Assembly (NCBI GenBank): GCA_039815185.1
Contig: JBCBZT010000012.1
Coordinates: 96,001 to 160,000 of the forward strand
Direction of reading: 5' to 3'
DNA length: 64,000 nucleotides
Source of the DNA: Cyanobacteria bacterium P01_A01_bin.123
Lineage (GTDB): Bacteria; Cyanobacteriota; Cyanobacteriia; Phormidesmidales; Phormidesmidaceae
Shown here: one piece after another, positions 48,707-58,982 of the stretch
Layout of the letters: the number at the start of each line of letters is the position of its first letter
How positions within the stretch are numbered: the stretch's first letter is position 1
Notes under the pieces: generated by a model
The model's database searches: none
Told to the model about the DNA's origin: nothing
The model's input: the letters and a program-made list of their open reading frames with translations, nothing else
Program-made: the position numbers and the translations under genes

Positions 48707-49708
48707 TTGCTAAGGGGTGTTGCCGTGTTGAAACGACGAAAATTCTTCCAATATGCGGGTTTAGGCAGTGTTGGTTTTCTGCTGGCAACCCGTGACGGCA
48801 TAGCCTCTTCAATGGAGAATCCTGCTCTGATTCAGCCAGATCGTCAAACGCTTTCAGATTTAAAAACATTTGAGTTTAGCGTTACGACGGTTGATCAGGC
48901 TGGTCAAGTAAAGCGACGCCAAACTCACACGGCAAAACTCTTTCCAGAACCCCTTAAGGGTGCTGAGAAATTAGAAATGGTGGCGATCGCGTCTGGGCAA
49001 TTTTGGATGGGAGCATCGCAAAATCAATCCCGTTCCCAAGGCCCAACGGAAGGCTATGATTTGCCTCGCCATCGGGTCAATCTGCCATCCTTTTTTATTA
49101 GCAAATATCCGATTACCCAAGCGCAGTGGGCAGCGGTGGCAGCATTACCCCAGGTGCAGCGCCCCCTTGATGCGGCACCGTCCCACTTCCAGGGTCGCGA
49201 TCGCCCGGTGGAAAGCATCTCCTGGTTAGAAGCGGTAGAATTTTGCGATCGCCTCAGCCAACACACGGGGCGTCGCTATCAACTTCCTAGTGAGGCCCAA
49301 TGGGAATATGCCTGTCGGGCTGAAACACAGACGCCCTTTAACGTCGGAGAAACGGTTACCAGCCAATTAGCCAATTACGTGGGTACCTATACCTACAAAG
49401 CTGAATCCGTAGGCGACTATCGCCAGGCAACTGTGCCCGTAGGCAGCTTTTCCCCCAATGCGTTTGGTCTGCAGGATATGCATGGCAACGTTTGGGAGTG
49501 GTGTGCGGATAGTTGGCATCACAATTACCGAGGGGCACCCACCGATGGCAAAGCCTGGGTCAGTGCTCAGCGGTTCCCAATGCGTGCCATTCGTGGCGGT
49601 AGCTGGCTTGATGCGCCTGTCAAGACCCAGTCTGCCAGTCGGTCTGGGTATTTCGAAACCGCCCTGAATCGAACCATTGGATTTCGAGTCAGTATGGCAT
49701 CGCTTTAA
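48707..49708 (+). CDS. FGE-sulfatase (SUMF1) domain protein with a Tat-like signal
   Basis: KRRKFFQYAG; LPSEAQWEYACRA, NAFGLQDMHGNVWEWC, RGGSW and IGFRV; lacks the catalytic Cys pair of true FGE; start uncertain (possibly 48728). Confidence 0.88.
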   Translation: MLRGVAVLKRRKFFQYAGLGSVGFLLATRDGIASSMENPALIQPDRQTLSDLKTFEFSVTTVDQAGQVKRRQTHTAKLFPEPLKGAEKLEMVAIASGQFWMGASQNQSRSQGPTEGYDLPRHRVNLPSFFISKYPITQAQWAAVAALPQVQRPLDAAPSHFQGRDRPVESISWLEAVEFCDRLSQHTGRRYQLPSEAQWEYACRAETQTPFNVGETVTSQLANYVGTYTYKAESVGDYRQATVPVGSFSPNAFGLQDMHGNVWEWCADSWHHNYRGAPTDGKAWVSAQRFPMRAIRGGSWLDAPVKTQSASRSGYFETALNRTIGFRVSMASL

Positions 49709-49756
49709 GCCTGACATTCGCAAGCGCGCACAGTAAATCAAGAGACGTTTGAACCC

Positions 49757-50740
49757 ATGGCATTGATTCAGAAAGTTCCCGTCACGGTGCTTACCGGATA
49801 TTTGGGAGCGGGCAAAACAACATTGCTCAATCGCATTCTCACTGAACAACACAACAAACGAATTGCGGTCATTGTTAATGAGTTTGGCGAGGTTGGGATT
49901 GATCACCAGTTGGTGCTGGATGCAGACGAAGAAATCTTTGAGATGAATAACGGCTGCATCTGCTGTACTGTCCGCGGTGACTTGATGCGGATCATCGGTG
50001 ATTTGATGGCGCGACGCGAGAGTTTTGACCATTTAGTGATTGAAACAACCGGGTTGGCAGATCCGGCTCCGGTGATCCAGTCCTTTTTTATGGATGAAGT
50101 GATGCTCCGGCAAACCCAGCTGGATGCGGTGGTGACGGTGGTAGATGCCAAACACATTGGCAACCATTGGGACAGCAGTGAAGCCCAGGAGCAAATCGCC
50201 TTTGCGGATGTGATCTTGCTGAACAAGACGGACTTAGTGCCCGCTGAACACCTGAAAGCTTTGGAATTAAAGGTGCGTGGCATGAATGCGATCGCCACCA
50301 TTCACCGCACCCGAAACTGCGATATTGATCTGGATGTGCTTTTAGGCGTCCAGGCATTTGACCTAAAGCATGCCTTGAGCATCGATCCAGAATTTCTCGA
50401 TGAAGATGCCCACGACCACGACGAGTCTGTTTATTCCATCGCCATTACGGAACCGGGCACCGTAGACAGCGACAAGCTCAACCGCTGGCTTTACCAACTG
50501 GTGCAAGATCGCGGCCCCGATATTTTTCGGATGAAAGGCATTTTAGACGTCGATCATGCCGCGCGACGATTTGTATTCCAGGGCGTCCACATGACCCTGG
50601 ATGGACGACCCGGCAAACCCTGGCAACCGGGGGAAACCCGCCGCAACCAGTTGGTTTTTATTGGCAGAAATTTAGATGAAGCCGAGCTCCGCGCAGGCTT
50701 TCAAGGGTGTTTTGCCAAAGCTTATGCCCACGCCTCGTAA
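49757..50740 (+). CDS. COG0523/CobW-family metallochaperone GTPase
   Basis: [27 protein letters not shown] and NKTD motifs; CobW_C domain. Confidence 0.93.
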   Translation: MALIQKVPVTVLTGYLGAGKTTLLNRILTEQHNKRIAVIVNEFGEVGIDHQLVLDADEEIFEMNNGCICCTVRGDLMRIIGDLMARRESFDHLVIETTGLADPAPVIQSFFMDEVMLRQTQLDAVVTVVDAKHIGNHWDSSEAQEQIAFADVILLNKTDLVPAEHLKALELKVRGMNAIATIHRTRNCDIDLDVLLGVQAFDLKHALSIDPEFLDEDAHDHDESVYSIAITEPGTVDSDKLNRWLYQLVQDRGPDIFRMKGILDVDHAARRFVFQGVHMTLDGRPGKPWQPGETRRNQLVFIGRNLDEAELRAGFQGCFAKAYAHAS

Positions 50741-50814
50741 CGATCCTCCCCATCATCCCTACCTTCCCCATCACCCCATCTCTACGACCACTCAATTCAG
50801 CACACAGCAAACCC

Positions 50815-51561
50815 ATGAAACTACAACACAACCTCGGAGGACTAGAAGGACTAGACCCCATTAATACAGAAATCCAGGTCTTCGTCGAACCCTGGGAACA
50901 GCGCATTTTTGGCATTCATACGGCCATGATGGCGCTCAGTAATCACCTGGATACATCATTGCCTGACTATGCCATCGAGCAGGTGCCCACCACGTTCAAA
51001 AGTTTTTGGACCTGGGGACATTTGCGCATGGGCGCAGAAGGGATGCACCCCTTTGAGTACTTCCGGTTGCGCTATTACGAAAAATGGCTTGGGGGTATTT
51101 CGGGTTTCTTTGTGGCAGAGGGCTACATTACTCAAGAAGAGTTGGATACCCGCACCGCCGAGTTTTTAGAAAATAGCGAACAAGCTGAAGCCCCGCTGCC
51201 CAGTGGGGGAGACCCTAAAATCGATGCTCAAGTGGTGAAATACCTGCGAGAAGGAGATTCTCCGCTGCGACCGTTACCTGACCCGCCTAAATTTAGTGTG
51301 GGCGATCAGGTCAGGGTGAAAGACGTTTCCCCCGCTGCCCATAGTCGCCTACCGGGTAACTTGAGAGGCCGAGTTGCTGAGGTTGTACTGGTGTATGAGG
51401 GGGCCTTCACCTACTTCTTCCCAACCGCAGATGGGCTTGGCACACCGATGCCGGTCTATAGTCTGGCTTTCAAACCCGAGGAGCTTTGGGATGAATCACT
51501 GATTGAACCCAATTCGGTGTACTACAACGACATTTTTGAAGTTTATTTAGAGGCCGTTTAA
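50815..51561 (+). CDS. nthB: nitrile hydratase beta subunit
   Basis: HNLGG, VFVEPWEQRIFG, YYEKWL and the SH3-like FSVGDQVRV...HSRLPGNLRG; ATG at 50815. Confidence 0.85.
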   Translation: MKLQHNLGGLEGLDPINTEIQVFVEPWEQRIFGIHTAMMALSNHLDTSLPDYAIEQVPTTFKSFWTWGHLRMGAEGMHPFEYFRLRYYEKWLGGISGFFVAEGYITQEELDTRTAEFLENSEQAEAPLPSGGDPKIDAQVVKYLREGDSPLRPLPDPPKFSVGDQVRVKDVSPAAHSRLPGNLRGRVAEVVLVYEGAFTYFFPTADGLGTPMPVYSLAFKPEELWDESLIEPNSVYYNDIFEVYLEAV

Positions 51562-51572
51562 GGGGAAGCATT

Positions 51573-52196
51573 ATGCCCAGTCAATATCCAGGATTTAAGT
51601 ATGGTGCCGATCGCGAGACCTTCAGTGCCGCTAGGGTCAAAGCTCTAGAATCGCTTTTGATTGAAAAAGGTGTGATCACGGGGGACACGGTTGACAACAT
51701 TCTCGGCTACTTTGAAACCGAAATGGGGCCGTTTAATGGGGCCAAACTCGTGGCTCGGGCGTGGGTTGATCCAGCCTTTAAGGAACGGTTACTGGCAGAT
51801 TGCAATGCAGCCTGTGATGAGCTGGATTTTCCAGAAGGCATGTCTGGGGCTGAGGGCGAACATATGCGCATTGTGGAAAATACACCGGAAGTGCATAACG
51901 TCATCGTGTGTACCTTGTGTTCGTGCTATCCCTGGCCGACCCTGGGATTGCCCCCCTATTGGTTCAAAGACCCCACCTTTCGGGCTCGGGTGGTGCGTGA
52001 ACCCCGAGTGGTTTTGTCTGAGTTTGGAGTGGAGCTAGATGAATCGGTCAAAGTTGCCGTTTGGGATAGCAGTGCTCAGATTCGCTGGTGGGTGCTGCCC
52101 ATGCGTCCCCCTGGCACCGAGGGGATGAGTGAAGCAGAATTGGCGGCGTTGCTCACCCCGGAAGCCATGATGGGCGTTGCCACCGTGACGGTTTAA
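51573..52196 (+). CDS. nthA: nitrile hydratase alpha subunit, cobalt type
   Basis: GAKLVARAWVDPAFK; metal motif VCTLCSCYP; LGLPPYWFK. Confidence 0.93.
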   Translation: MPSQYPGFKYGADRETFSAARVKALESLLIEKGVITGDTVDNILGYFETEMGPFNGAKLVARAWVDPAFKERLLADCNAACDELDFPEGMSGAEGEHMRIVENTPEVHNVIVCTLCSCYPWPTLGLPPYWFKDPTFRARVVREPRVVLSEFGVELDESVKVAVWDSSAQIRWWVLPMRPPGTEGMSEAELAALLTPEAMMGVATVTV

Positions 52197-52218
52197 TCGA
52201 CGGCAGGATTTTCAGCAT

Positions 52219-52575
52219 ATGTTTACGAAATTTGAGCATTTTGCAGCGACGAGTTTAATGGGCTCCCCTGAAGAAGCACCACCGCGCAAAGATGGCCATC
52301 TGCACTTTGATCGCGATTGGGAAAAGATGGCCTTTGGGGTCGCGATCGCCCTTTCAAAACAGGGCCATTATGAATGGGAAACTTTTCGGCAGACGCTAAT
52401 TGCCACCATTGGTGAATGGGAGGCCACCCATGATCTGGCTGATCCAGAGTGGGACTATTACCAATGTTGGCTGGCTACCCTGGAGAAACTGGTGATTGAA
52501 TCTGGGGTGATCGACGGGGGCGAGTTGGAAGCGGCGATCGCTCAGCTTGTGGACTGTAAAGAAACACCCAATTGA
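52219..52575 (+). CDS. nitrile hydratase accessory protein (P14K-like)
   Basis: PPRKDGHLHFDRDWEKMAFG...WETFRQTLI...YYQCWLATLEKL. Confidence 0.88.
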   Translation: MFTKFEHFAATSLMGSPEEAPPRKDGHLHFDRDWEKMAFGVAIALSKQGHYEWETFRQTLIATIGEWEATHDLADPEWDYYQCWLATLEKLVIESGVIDGGELEAAIAQLVDCKETPN

Positions 52576-52699
52576 GCCTCTAATTGAAATTGTTGCACTG
52601 AGGCTTAATGCGGTTGGGTTTCATGCTTCAACCTAAACCGCGTCCACATCCAGATCCATAGTTTTTCCTTAAGCTAGAAGAAACAGTGCCAAAAATGAG

Positions 52700-53281
52700 A
52701 TGATGGCGACGACTAGTACCCTATTAACTCCTATCAAGTGGAGCATTGACGACTACCACCAGATGATTGCATCTGGACTGTTGTGCGATCGCCGGGTTGA
52801 GTTATTGGATGGAGATATTGTTGAGATGGTGCCAGTCGAACCTCTGCATGACGACGTGAGAGAGGAACTGGCCAGCTATCTACGATCAGTGCTAAGCGAT
52901 CGCGCCAGGGTGAGAGAGGCGACGGCAGTCACATTGCCTAACCGCAGTGAACCCATCCCTGATATTTCAGTGGTGCGACCCCAGCGCTATCGCGATCGCC
53001 ATCCCTACGTAGAAGACATTTATCTGCTAATTGAAATCGCCAACAGCAGACCCGTGCGAGATACAGAGGTTAAACGCCTAACCTATGCCAGAGCGGGTAT
53101 TCCAGAATATTGGGTGTTTGACCTAGAGAAAGACGATCTGCGGGTTTTTCGAGATATCCAGGGCGCAGGGGATGAGGCTGATTATCAGCTCGACATCACT
53201 TGGGAAGAAGACATGATCGAGATTCAGGCGTTCCCCGATATTGCGTTGTCAGCCACTACAATGAAGCAGTTGATTGCTTAA
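52700..53281 (+). CDS. Uma2 family endonuclease-fold protein
   Basis: RVELLDGDIVEM, EPIPD, LLIEIA and YARAGIPEYW motifs. Confidence 0.92.
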   Translation: MMATTSTLLTPIKWSIDDYHQMIASGLLCDRRVELLDGDIVEMVPVEPLHDDVREELASYLRSVLSDRARVREATAVTLPNRSEPIPDISVVRPQRYRDRHPYVEDIYLLIEIANSRPVRDTEVKRLTYARAGIPEYWVFDLEKDDLRVFRDIQGAGDEADYQLDITWEEDMIEIQAFPDIALSATTMKQLIA

Positions 53282-53604
53282 AGCAGGTTATTTGAGCACT
53301 GATAGAGTCATGACCCACGACAATTTAGCTGCTCTGTACAATTTAGCTACTCTGTACAATAACGAGTATCCCCACATCCCTCACCCAGCTCACAGTGGAG
53401 CAGCAGGTGGTTGAGTAGAGGTGATGCTTAGGCAGGAAATGTCCAACGATACTGCTCTTTCAAGGCTTCGCAATGGTATTTGAATCAAAATATAAGCAAC
53501 GCTCATGATCACCCCGCTTGCAGAACGCATCACCCGACTGGAGGCCAACATGTCAGAAGTGCAAGCTACCCTTTTGCGATCGACTCAGATGGCCCGATTC
53601 ATCG

Positions 53605-53817
53605 ATGCCTAAAAAGATCCGAGAATTAAAAGCGATGCTGCTAAAAGCGGGATTCGACTGTAAGCCAGGTCAAGGAAGCCATACAAGATGGCGGCATTCG
53701 CTGCTGCCCGAGCATCCGCTTACCCTTTCCGGCAAAGATGGCAGTGACGCCAAGCCATATATTGAAAAAGAAGTTGAGTTTCGATTGCGTTTATTAGAGG
53801 AGAGAAAGCAATCATGA
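53605..53817 (+). CDS. hicA: HicA family toxin
   Basis: MPKKIRELKAMLLKAGF...GQGSH; its stop overlaps the hicB start. Confidence 0.88.
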   Translation: MPKKIRELKAMLLKAGFDCKPGQGSHTRWRHSLLPEHPLTLSGKDGSDAKPYIEKEVEFRLRLLEERKQS

Positions 53818-54038
53818 CCTCGCAGTACAGCATGTTAATCATCTGGTCACCTGAAGACGAGGCCTATCTTGTGCATCTACCAGAGTTTAACTTCCAAAAA
53901 TTTCACACCCATGGCCAAACCTACGAAGAGGCCGCGAAGAAAGGACAAGAGGCGATCGAGTCGCTAGTCGACTGGTACGAAGAAGAGGGCAAAAGCCTTC
54001 CAGATCCTCAGTTGCCTCCCTCGTTCAAAGTCGCTTGA
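53814..54038 (+). CDS. hicB: HicB family antitoxin (short, no DNA-binding domain)
   Basis: WSPEDEAYLVHLPE...THGQTYEEA. Confidence 0.9.
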   Translation: MTSQYSMLIIWSPEDEAYLVHLPEFNFQKFHTHGQTYEEAAKKGQEAIESLVDWYEEEGKSLPDPQLPPSFKVA

Positions 54039-54194
54039 TTAACCATGGCGACTGAAACCCTGGTAATTGACAAACCCGCCAATGCCGCTGTCCTGAGTGT
54101 GAACGGCCCGTCGTTCAGACTCAGCCGCCAAGGGTGCATTGGGATTGCGCGTGCTGTGGGTGGATGAATGATTCGGTGTGAGTAGGGGCGATGC

Positions 54195-55041
54195 TTACTC
54201 AAGAAATAGCCCAGGATACCTCTCTTTCAGGGCTCCGCAGTGGTAGTTGGGATCGAGGTCGATGTAATCGGGCAGTTCTGTTTCGCAGAGTTGTGCCTTG
54301 CTGAGCTGCTCTGGGGTTAAGCCTTCAGCATTGCTGAGACGCGTTCGTGGCAAAACTGCCCCTTCCAGATTCGCGTACTCTAGGACAGCCCCTTCCAGAT
54401 TCGCGTTCCCTAGGTTAGCCCCTTCCAGATTCGCGTTCCCTAGGACAGCCCCTTCCAGATTCGCGAACCCTAGGTCAGCCCCTTCCAGATTCGCGAACCC
54501 TAGGTCAGCATTGGGAAGCGAAATGCCTGCCAGGTAAACCCCCGACTCTAGACCTAGAGACTGTTCACCCTCTTCTGAAGCTTCAGCACCATCAACCGAG
54601 AGATTAATTCCAGCTAAACTCTCTCTAGGCCACACACAAAACCGATACGTACAAACCCACGGAAAACGACGTCTCCAGTTGGCCCCTGGTGAAGCGTTCA
54701 AAAACTCCAGCGCCCGTATCCGACCCCCACTGCCTGCTAGAGGTAAGCGTTTGCCATGCATTGAGAACTTCTGCATCCCGCCGTTGCTTTTCTGAACCAA
54801 CATAGACAGCGATCGCAACGATCAGGCCCACATTGCCAATAATGCTCAGGATCTCCAGCAACGCTAATTGCTGAAGCATTTTCAACACGGCTTCTAAGCG
54901 GCGTTCTGCCCAAATGAACGGGCGCAGCGGTATTGGAGCTTTGGGTTTCGATTCAGATTTCTCTGGGGGAATGTAGCGCCCCATCCGTTTTTGCGTTTCA
55001 AGGGGAATGTCGGAGTAGTCGGGCTTACGTTTGCGCGGCAT
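54195..55041 (-). pseudogene. pentapeptide-repeat membrane protein, frameshifted
   Basis: One frame gives ...EKQRRDAEVLNAWQTLTS and another continues AGSGGRIRALEFLN...ANLEGA repeats; the shift is near 54738. Confidence 0.8.
54358..54507 (-). repeat. five 30-bp coding tandem repeats
   Basis: Units begin GCCCCTTCCAGATTCGCG and encode AxLxxANLEG. Confidence 0.9.
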
Positions 55042-55232
55042 ATTAGCGTTAGAGAGGGTTATGAGTAGCTTCAATCGCTCAAAGCCTGATTCTGGACGAT
55101 CTACCACACCTAGGACACATACAGTTTGGCAGGAGCACATGTGGGAGTGAGCACACCCATTTGGGAACTATGAATCACATAGATATACCAAATAGACGTG
55201 GCCCCGGTAGTGATGCTGGGGCTTTTTATCAA

Positions 55233-55370
55233 ATGCAAAACTTCAACATCCTCCTCACCGACATCGCAGCAGTTCCCTGGGACATGCGCTCAGTGTTGTT
55301 TGCACTGAGCTTCTTCGCCATCTTTGCCTGGGCGTTGTGGGGCAACTGGAAGGCAGGGCGGTTGAGATGA
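55233..55370 (+). CDS. possible 45-aa hydrophobic peptide
   Basis: One TM segment with a basic tail; ATGA overlap with the next ORF. Confidence 0.35.
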   Translation: MQNFNILLTDIAAVPWDMRSVLFALSFFAIFAWALWGNWKAGRLR

Positions 55371-55603
55371 ACAAGATGCGTGAAACGCCTTATCGGTTTC
55401 GATTTGAATGCAGCGCCCCGACGCCGCAGGCCCAAGCCTTGATGTCTGAAATGGTGCTGGATGAAAGCGGTGTATTTGCTTGTACACCAAGCCATTTAAT
55501 TTTGCTGGCAGCCAGTATAGATGCAGCTATGCCAAGATCCAGCGAATGGAAGTTAGTTGATGTCGAGGAGTGCGATCGATGTGGATCGACTGAGGTAGAT
55601 TAG
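55367..55603 (+). CDS. possible hypothetical protein
   Basis: Translationally coupled to the upstream ORF; ends CDRCG. Confidence 0.3.
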   Translation: MNKMRETPYRFRFECSAPTPQAQALMSEMVLDESGVFACTPSHLILLAASIDAAMPRSSEWKLVDVEECDRCGSTEVD

Positions 55604-56196
55604 CCCAACATCTCCTCAGCCGCTGCGCTCCACTTCTCCAACACCTCTGACTTAACCTTTTGCTGGCCGCGATACTCACCCTTCTGGATGTAGATCCGCC
55701 CATCCAACACCCAAACAGAAACATAGCTATCAACAGGATTGACAACCCAATACTCAGGTACCTTAGCGTCGGCATAATCTGCCCGCTTATCTTGGGTGTC
55801 CGTTTTGACGGTGTCAGGACTGACAACCTCCAAAACTAGCAGCGGTGCATTATCGCACAAGAATAAAGCCTTTGTCTGATTGACCATAGCCGCCCATTGG
55901 GCTTTCGTGCAAACCACCAAATCAGGATCTCGACTACTGTCAGGCCGACCCACCTGCGGAATCTGAACACCAGGGCCAGACTTCACGACCAGTTCTAACT
56001 TGTGGTCACGAAAATAGGCTTTGAGCAAGTCCCCCAGGATTTCAATGGTGTCGATATGCAGGGGGCTAGGCTCAGTCATTTCAATAATTTCCCCATCCAC
56101 GAATTCAGTCCGCCGCCCGTCGTAGGGCAACAGTAAGTACTGCTCAAACGTGAGCTTTTTGCCCGCCCCTGCCAGAGTCGGGGTTACCTGAGCCAT
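55600..56196 (-). CDS. Uma2 family endonuclease-fold protein
   Basis: TEFVDGEIIEM, RDPDLVV, LEVVSP and KRADYADAKVPEYW motifs. Confidence 0.92.
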   Translation of the reverse strand: MAQVTPTLAGAGKKLTFEQYLLLPYDGRRTEFVDGEIIEMTEPSPLHIDTIEILGDLLKAYFRDHKLELVVKSGPGVQIPQVGRPDSSRDPDLVVCTKAQWAAMVNQTKALFLCDNAPLLVLEVVSPDTVKTDTQDKRADYADAKVPEYWVVNPVDSYVSVWVLDGRIYIQKGEYRGQQKVKSEVLEKWSAAAEEMLG

Positions 56197-56487
56197 AAGC
56201 TTTCCCAATTGATTGCTTATGTAATAAAGTAACAAATCCAGAAGATTGGACGGCTGTTTTTGATTTAAAGATCAGCACACCGTAGTCTTTGGATACCGCT
56301 CGCGGATCACGGAATGACTGAAAGTTGTGGCGGTTGAAGTAAGCGCTATTCATTTGCAGCCCACACGGTAAACCGTATACGGTTCATTCGGCGTATTTTC
56401 CCCCTAGTTCAGGCGGCTTTTCCCACCTGTGCCGAGGCGGTAGATTTGAGATGATGCAACTGCTAACCATAAAATCAGAACACGTCC

Positions 56488-56925
56488 ATGACTAACACTC
56501 AACGCATAACCGAGCATCTGCAACAGCTCAAGACCGAAGGCGGTCAGCGCTCACGAAAGATTGGCAAAATATTTCGTGAGGCCTTTATTGAAGCCGCTAC
56601 TGAGGTCAAAGCGGGTACTCAAACCGTTCGCCCCATTACTAAAGACCTCGCCGGTGTCGTTGCTGAAACTGCAAAATTGAAAGGACAAGAGGTCAGCAAC
56701 AACGTCCGCAAAGCGTATGCTGAAACTGCCGTTGACGAGCAAGACCAGACTACACGCTGGCAACTCAAGCTGAAAGCCGTCTTCAAAGCCATTCGTGACA
56801 CGCTTGGGTCAAGCTGGAACCGCAAGGCTGAAGCTGCACCAATACCAACAGTTGCAAAAGAAACCACTGCCGAGTCCCACGATCGCGTAACCATTGATGT
56901 GGATCTGGATGTAGACGCGGTTTAG
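56488..56925 (+). CDS. hypothetical helical protein
   Basis: 145-aa ORF rich in Ala, Lys and Thr. Confidence 0.7.
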   Translation: MTNTQRITEHLQQLKTEGGQRSRKIGKIFREAFIEAATEVKAGTQTVRPITKDLAGVVAETAKLKGQEVSNNVRKAYAETAVDEQDQTTRWQLKLKAVFKAIRDTLGSSWNRKAEAAPIPTVAKETTAESHDRVTIDVDLDVDAV

Positions 56926-57035
56926 ACGTTAAATGGTTGCCTGAGAAGTGCGATCGCGTGTGTCACTCAAACTTTGTTCTCAACTCAATTTGTTGAGCTT
57001 ATGCCTCCAAGTTCTCCCTGCAATGAACCTGAAAT

Positions 57036-57332
57036 ATGATTCTTGAAGTTGCCGTTCTAGATATTATTCCTGGGCGAGAAAAAGAGTACGAAGAAGCCTT
57101 TGCAAGGGCTTCAAAAATCATTGCTTCTATGCAGGGCTACCGTTCTCATCAATTAAGGCAGTGCATTGAAAAAGAGAACCGATATTTACTGTTAGTTGAG
57201 TGGGAAACTTTAGAAGACCATACAGAAGGATTTCGTAAATCTGAGGAATATCAAGCCTGGAAACAATTACTACATCACTTTTACGATCCCTTTCCCATCG
57301 TTGAGCATTACACCAGTTGTTTTTCTCTTTGA
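57036..57332 (+). CDS. antibiotic biosynthesis monooxygenase family protein
   Basis: MILEVAVL...WETLEDHTEGFR...LHHFY. Confidence 0.9.
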   Translation: MILEVAVLDIIPGREKEYEEAFARASKIIASMQGYRSHQLRQCIEKENRYLLLVEWETLEDHTEGFRKSEEYQAWKQLLHHFYDPFPIVEHYTSCFSL

Positions 57333-57402
57333 CCGTAGATTTTTCCGGGTGGGTTGCCCTAGGATAGCGGTGATGATCCCTATCTAAACAGATTCAGTTG
57401 TT

Positions 57403-57843
57403 ATGTCGCCGAAACTGCTAGGGCTGATCGTAGGCGGTGTCTTGCCAGCGCTGTTCTATGGTGTTTCAAGCGTATTTGCGAAAAGCAGTACGAACGCAGG
57501 CATGTCGGTGGGGGGACATTTGTTCTTTATCGGCATTGCCATCAGCGGCGTAGGGCTGCTGTTGAATCTGTTGCTGCCAGGCAGCATCCCGTCGCTAGTT
57601 GCTGTTGCCTCATCTTCTATGCAGGGGATGTTATGGGCATTAGGCACTGGCTGCGTTGTTCTAGGCTTGCTTAAATATCAGGCTCCTTTGGCTAAGCTAG
57701 TTCCCCTTTACAACATGAATACGCTGGTTACCTCAGGGCTGGCCTTGATAGTTTTCGCTGAGTGGCGACAGGTGAATCCGGTACAGCTTTTAATTGGCGC
57801 TGGGTTAATTATCGTGGGTGGGATACTCGTATCAGGGGCATAG
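57403..57843 (+). CDS. small DMT/EamA-like membrane protein
   Basis: 5 TM segments; LAKLVPLYNMNTLV...FAE. Confidence 0.7.
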   Translation: MSPKLLGLIVGGVLPALFYGVSSVFAKSSTNAGMSVGGHLFFIGIAISGVGLLLNLLLPGSIPSLVAVASSSMQGMLWALGTGCVVLGLLKYQAPLAKLVPLYNMNTLVTSGLALIVFAEWRQVNPVQLLIGAGLIIVGGILVSGA

Positions 57844-57892
57844 AAGGATAACGGTTAGTTGTGCTTCTATGCTGAACCTAGGGTCATGGGGG

Positions 57893-58858
57893 CTAACATA
57901 GGTCGCCAGGTTCAGCCGCCGGATTCATGGTCTCGTAGCTGAAGTAGCGATCGGGAACGCCGTTATAAATCAGATAGTCGTCAAAAATGTGGATTCCGGG
58001 TGCACCATCGATTTTGGCGATCGCGCTCCGCACCGAGCGCAGCTGATCCACGGTCATTTCTAACGGTCGTTCGTAGGGCTGATAGCTGGTGCGCACCAGA
58101 TAATCTAAACGTGGGTAAAGGGACATTTCGATGTGGCAACCCAGGAGGTGCTTGATCGGGGAGTGGTCACAAAAGGCGATCATCCGCTCAATACTGTCTG
58201 TGAACTCCTGCCAATCACTCACGTAGAGCCGCCCCGGATAAAACAGATCGCCGGTAAAGAAAATCTGGGTGTAGGGATCATAAATGGAGACCTCAGCGTC
58301 TTCGTGGCCAGGGGTTGCCATCACCTGCAGCGATCGCCCCCCCAACTCAAAGGTTACCAAGTCCTCAGGCCAGTTTTGGAAGCCATAAAAAGCAATCGTG
58401 TCTTGCAGGCTTTTGCCGACAATGATCGTGTTGGGTCGAGCCAAGAACTGGGGATCCGCCTCAAAATGATCGCGATGCAGGTGGGTATGGGCCACCACCA
58501 GGGCATAGGACTCGCGGGGATGGTTGATCAGCCATTGATCGATCAGCTGATCGACGGTTTGCCGCAGGGGGAAATAGTCTGGCGATCGCGTCGCGCCAGT
58601 ATCGAGCAGGATGGCGCGGTCGTTGCCAAATAGTAAAAACATGAACGGTGCTTCTGGGTGCACCGCCATGTTCTGGCGCATGATGATCGTGTGTTCGTTA
58701 TAAGCGTGAACCTGAATCTCTGGGTCAGTATTATGCTTTGGCGATACTGACCCAGAGATTCAGCGCACGTCTAAGCTGCCAGGTGCGGCCTGGGGTAGTG
58801 TAAAGTTGATCGGCGTAAAGTTGATCGGCTGCGATCGCGACGTGGAGCGGGTCGTCAT
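57893..58858 (-). pseudogene. metallo-beta-lactamase-fold hydrolase with an in-frame TGA at codon 33
   Basis: LDTG, HTHLHRDH, TPGH, TGD and GCH motifs; the frame extends to ATG 58858, interrupted only by TGA at 58760-58762. Confidence 0.8.
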
Positions 58859-58982
58859 GGTTATCAGAGGTAAAAAAATTGTGGCAACGCTCAGAGCTAG
58901 CGTTCTACTTGAAGGTTAGCGTAGCTGTTTTTTGCGGGTCTACTTTGAGCTGTTTTATACAAATCAAGTCAAACGACTAGCT

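Noticed and set aside
49367..50032. 221-aa antisense ORF
   Set aside because: Shadow of the FGE-domain and COG0523 genes
51573..52196. NHLP-type RiPP precursor
   Set aside because: Retains the CTLCSC metal motif and has beta and accessory partners; no Gly-Gly leader or core peptide
53321..53360. 18-bp tandem duplication encoding NLAALY-like text
   Set aside because: Probably a TPR-gene scrap; too short to support a feature
54358..54507. Regular 30-bp repeats resembling a CRISPR array
   Set aside because: The variable parts are only about 12 nt and nearly identical; the units encode pentapeptide repeats in frame; no cas genes are present
58760..58762. Selenocysteine codon
   Set aside because: The expected residue is Trp rather than Cys, and the codon lies within the stem rather than upstream of a SECIS-like hairpin
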